Of a DNA stretch of 15,804 nt, positions 15,231 through 15,804 are shown one piece after another; positions within the stretch are counted from its first letter, which is position 1, and every line of letters begins with the position of its first letter. The position numbers and the translations under genes were made by a program. The notes below the pieces were generated by a model. That model did not search any database and was not told where the DNA came from. It saw nothing but the letters and a program-made list of their open reading frames with translations. The stretch comes from a virus. The DNA is taken from UHGV virus genome UHGV-0041830; one strand, 5' to 3'.

Positions 15231-15804
15231 CGCCGATCACCCGGACCATCACGTCGGCAAACATTGACCGTCTGCGTTTTACTTTCGGCGTGCAGGCACT
15301 GGTGGAAACCACCTCAAAGGGGGACAGGAATCCATCGGAAGTCCGCCTGCTGGTTCAGATTCAACGTAACGGTGGCTGGGTGACGGAAAAAGACATCACC
15401 ATTAAGGGCAAAACCACGTCGCAGTATCTGGCCTCGGTGGTGGTGGATAACCTGCCGCCGCGCCCGTTTAATATCCGGATGCGCAGGATGACGCCGGACA
15501 GCACCACAGACCAGTTGCAGAACAAAACGCTCTGGTCGTCATACACCGAAATCATCGATGTGAAACAGTGCTACCCGAACACGGCACTGGTCGGCGTACA
15601 GGTGGACTCGGAGCAGTTCGGCAGCCAGCAGGTGAGCCGTAATTATCATCTTCGCGGGCGCATTCTGCAGGTGCCGTCGAACTATAACCCGCAGACGCGG
15701 CAATACAGCGGTATCTGGGACGGAACGTTTAAGCCAGCATACAGCAACAACATGGCCTGGTGTCTGTGGGATATGCTGACCCATCCGCGCTACGGCATGG
15801 GGAA
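15231..15804 (+). CDS. J: Tail tip attachment protein J, continuation, 3'-partial at window edge
   Basis: Codon boundary at 15233. Translation ...PITRTITSANIDRLRFTFGVQALVETTSKGDRNPSEVRLLVQIQRNGGWVTEKDITIKGKTTSQYLASVVVDNLPPRPFNIRMRRMTPDSTTDQLQNKTLWSSYTEIIDVKQCYPNTALVGVQVDSEQFGSQQVSRNYHLRGRILQVPSNYNPQTRQYSGIWDGTFKPAYSNNMAWCLWDMLTHPRYGMG matches lambda J residues ~100-300. Confidence 0.92.

Noticed and set aside
1-15804. cos site, lom/bor conversion genes, integrase, tRNA, CRISPR array, or a Chi site (GCTGGTGG)
   Set aside because: I looked for these and found none. The window starts inside B (downstream of cos, Nu1, A, W) and ends inside J (upstream of lom). Visual scanning for the Chi octamer on either strand found only near matches (for example ACTGGTGG).

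Overview
Lambda-like (lambdoid siphovirus) prophage late structural module, all on the + strand and collinear with coliphage lambda B, C/Nu3, D, E, FI, FII, Z, U, V, G/T, H, M, L, K, I, J. It runs from a 5'-partial portal gene to the first ~300 codons of J. The window is a scaffold, not finished sequence: five N10 runs (1069-1078, 3298-3307, 11041-11050, 14185-14194, 15221-15230) join segments whose ends are near-identical, SNP-bearing copies of each other, so at least two closely related prophage copies or haplotypes are interleaved and reading frames are not preserved across gaps. The one clearly non-lambda element is an AT-rich (~36% GC by hand count) insertion between tail genes I and J (about 13445-13880) encoding a small predicted outer-membrane lipoprotein (a moron). 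A second, gap-separated I-J junction in the same window (14776-14835) lacks it and acts as an internal empty-site control. No rRNA, tRNA, CRISPR array, integrase or transposase was seen. All homology calls are from reading the translations against remembered lambda proteins; no database search was run.
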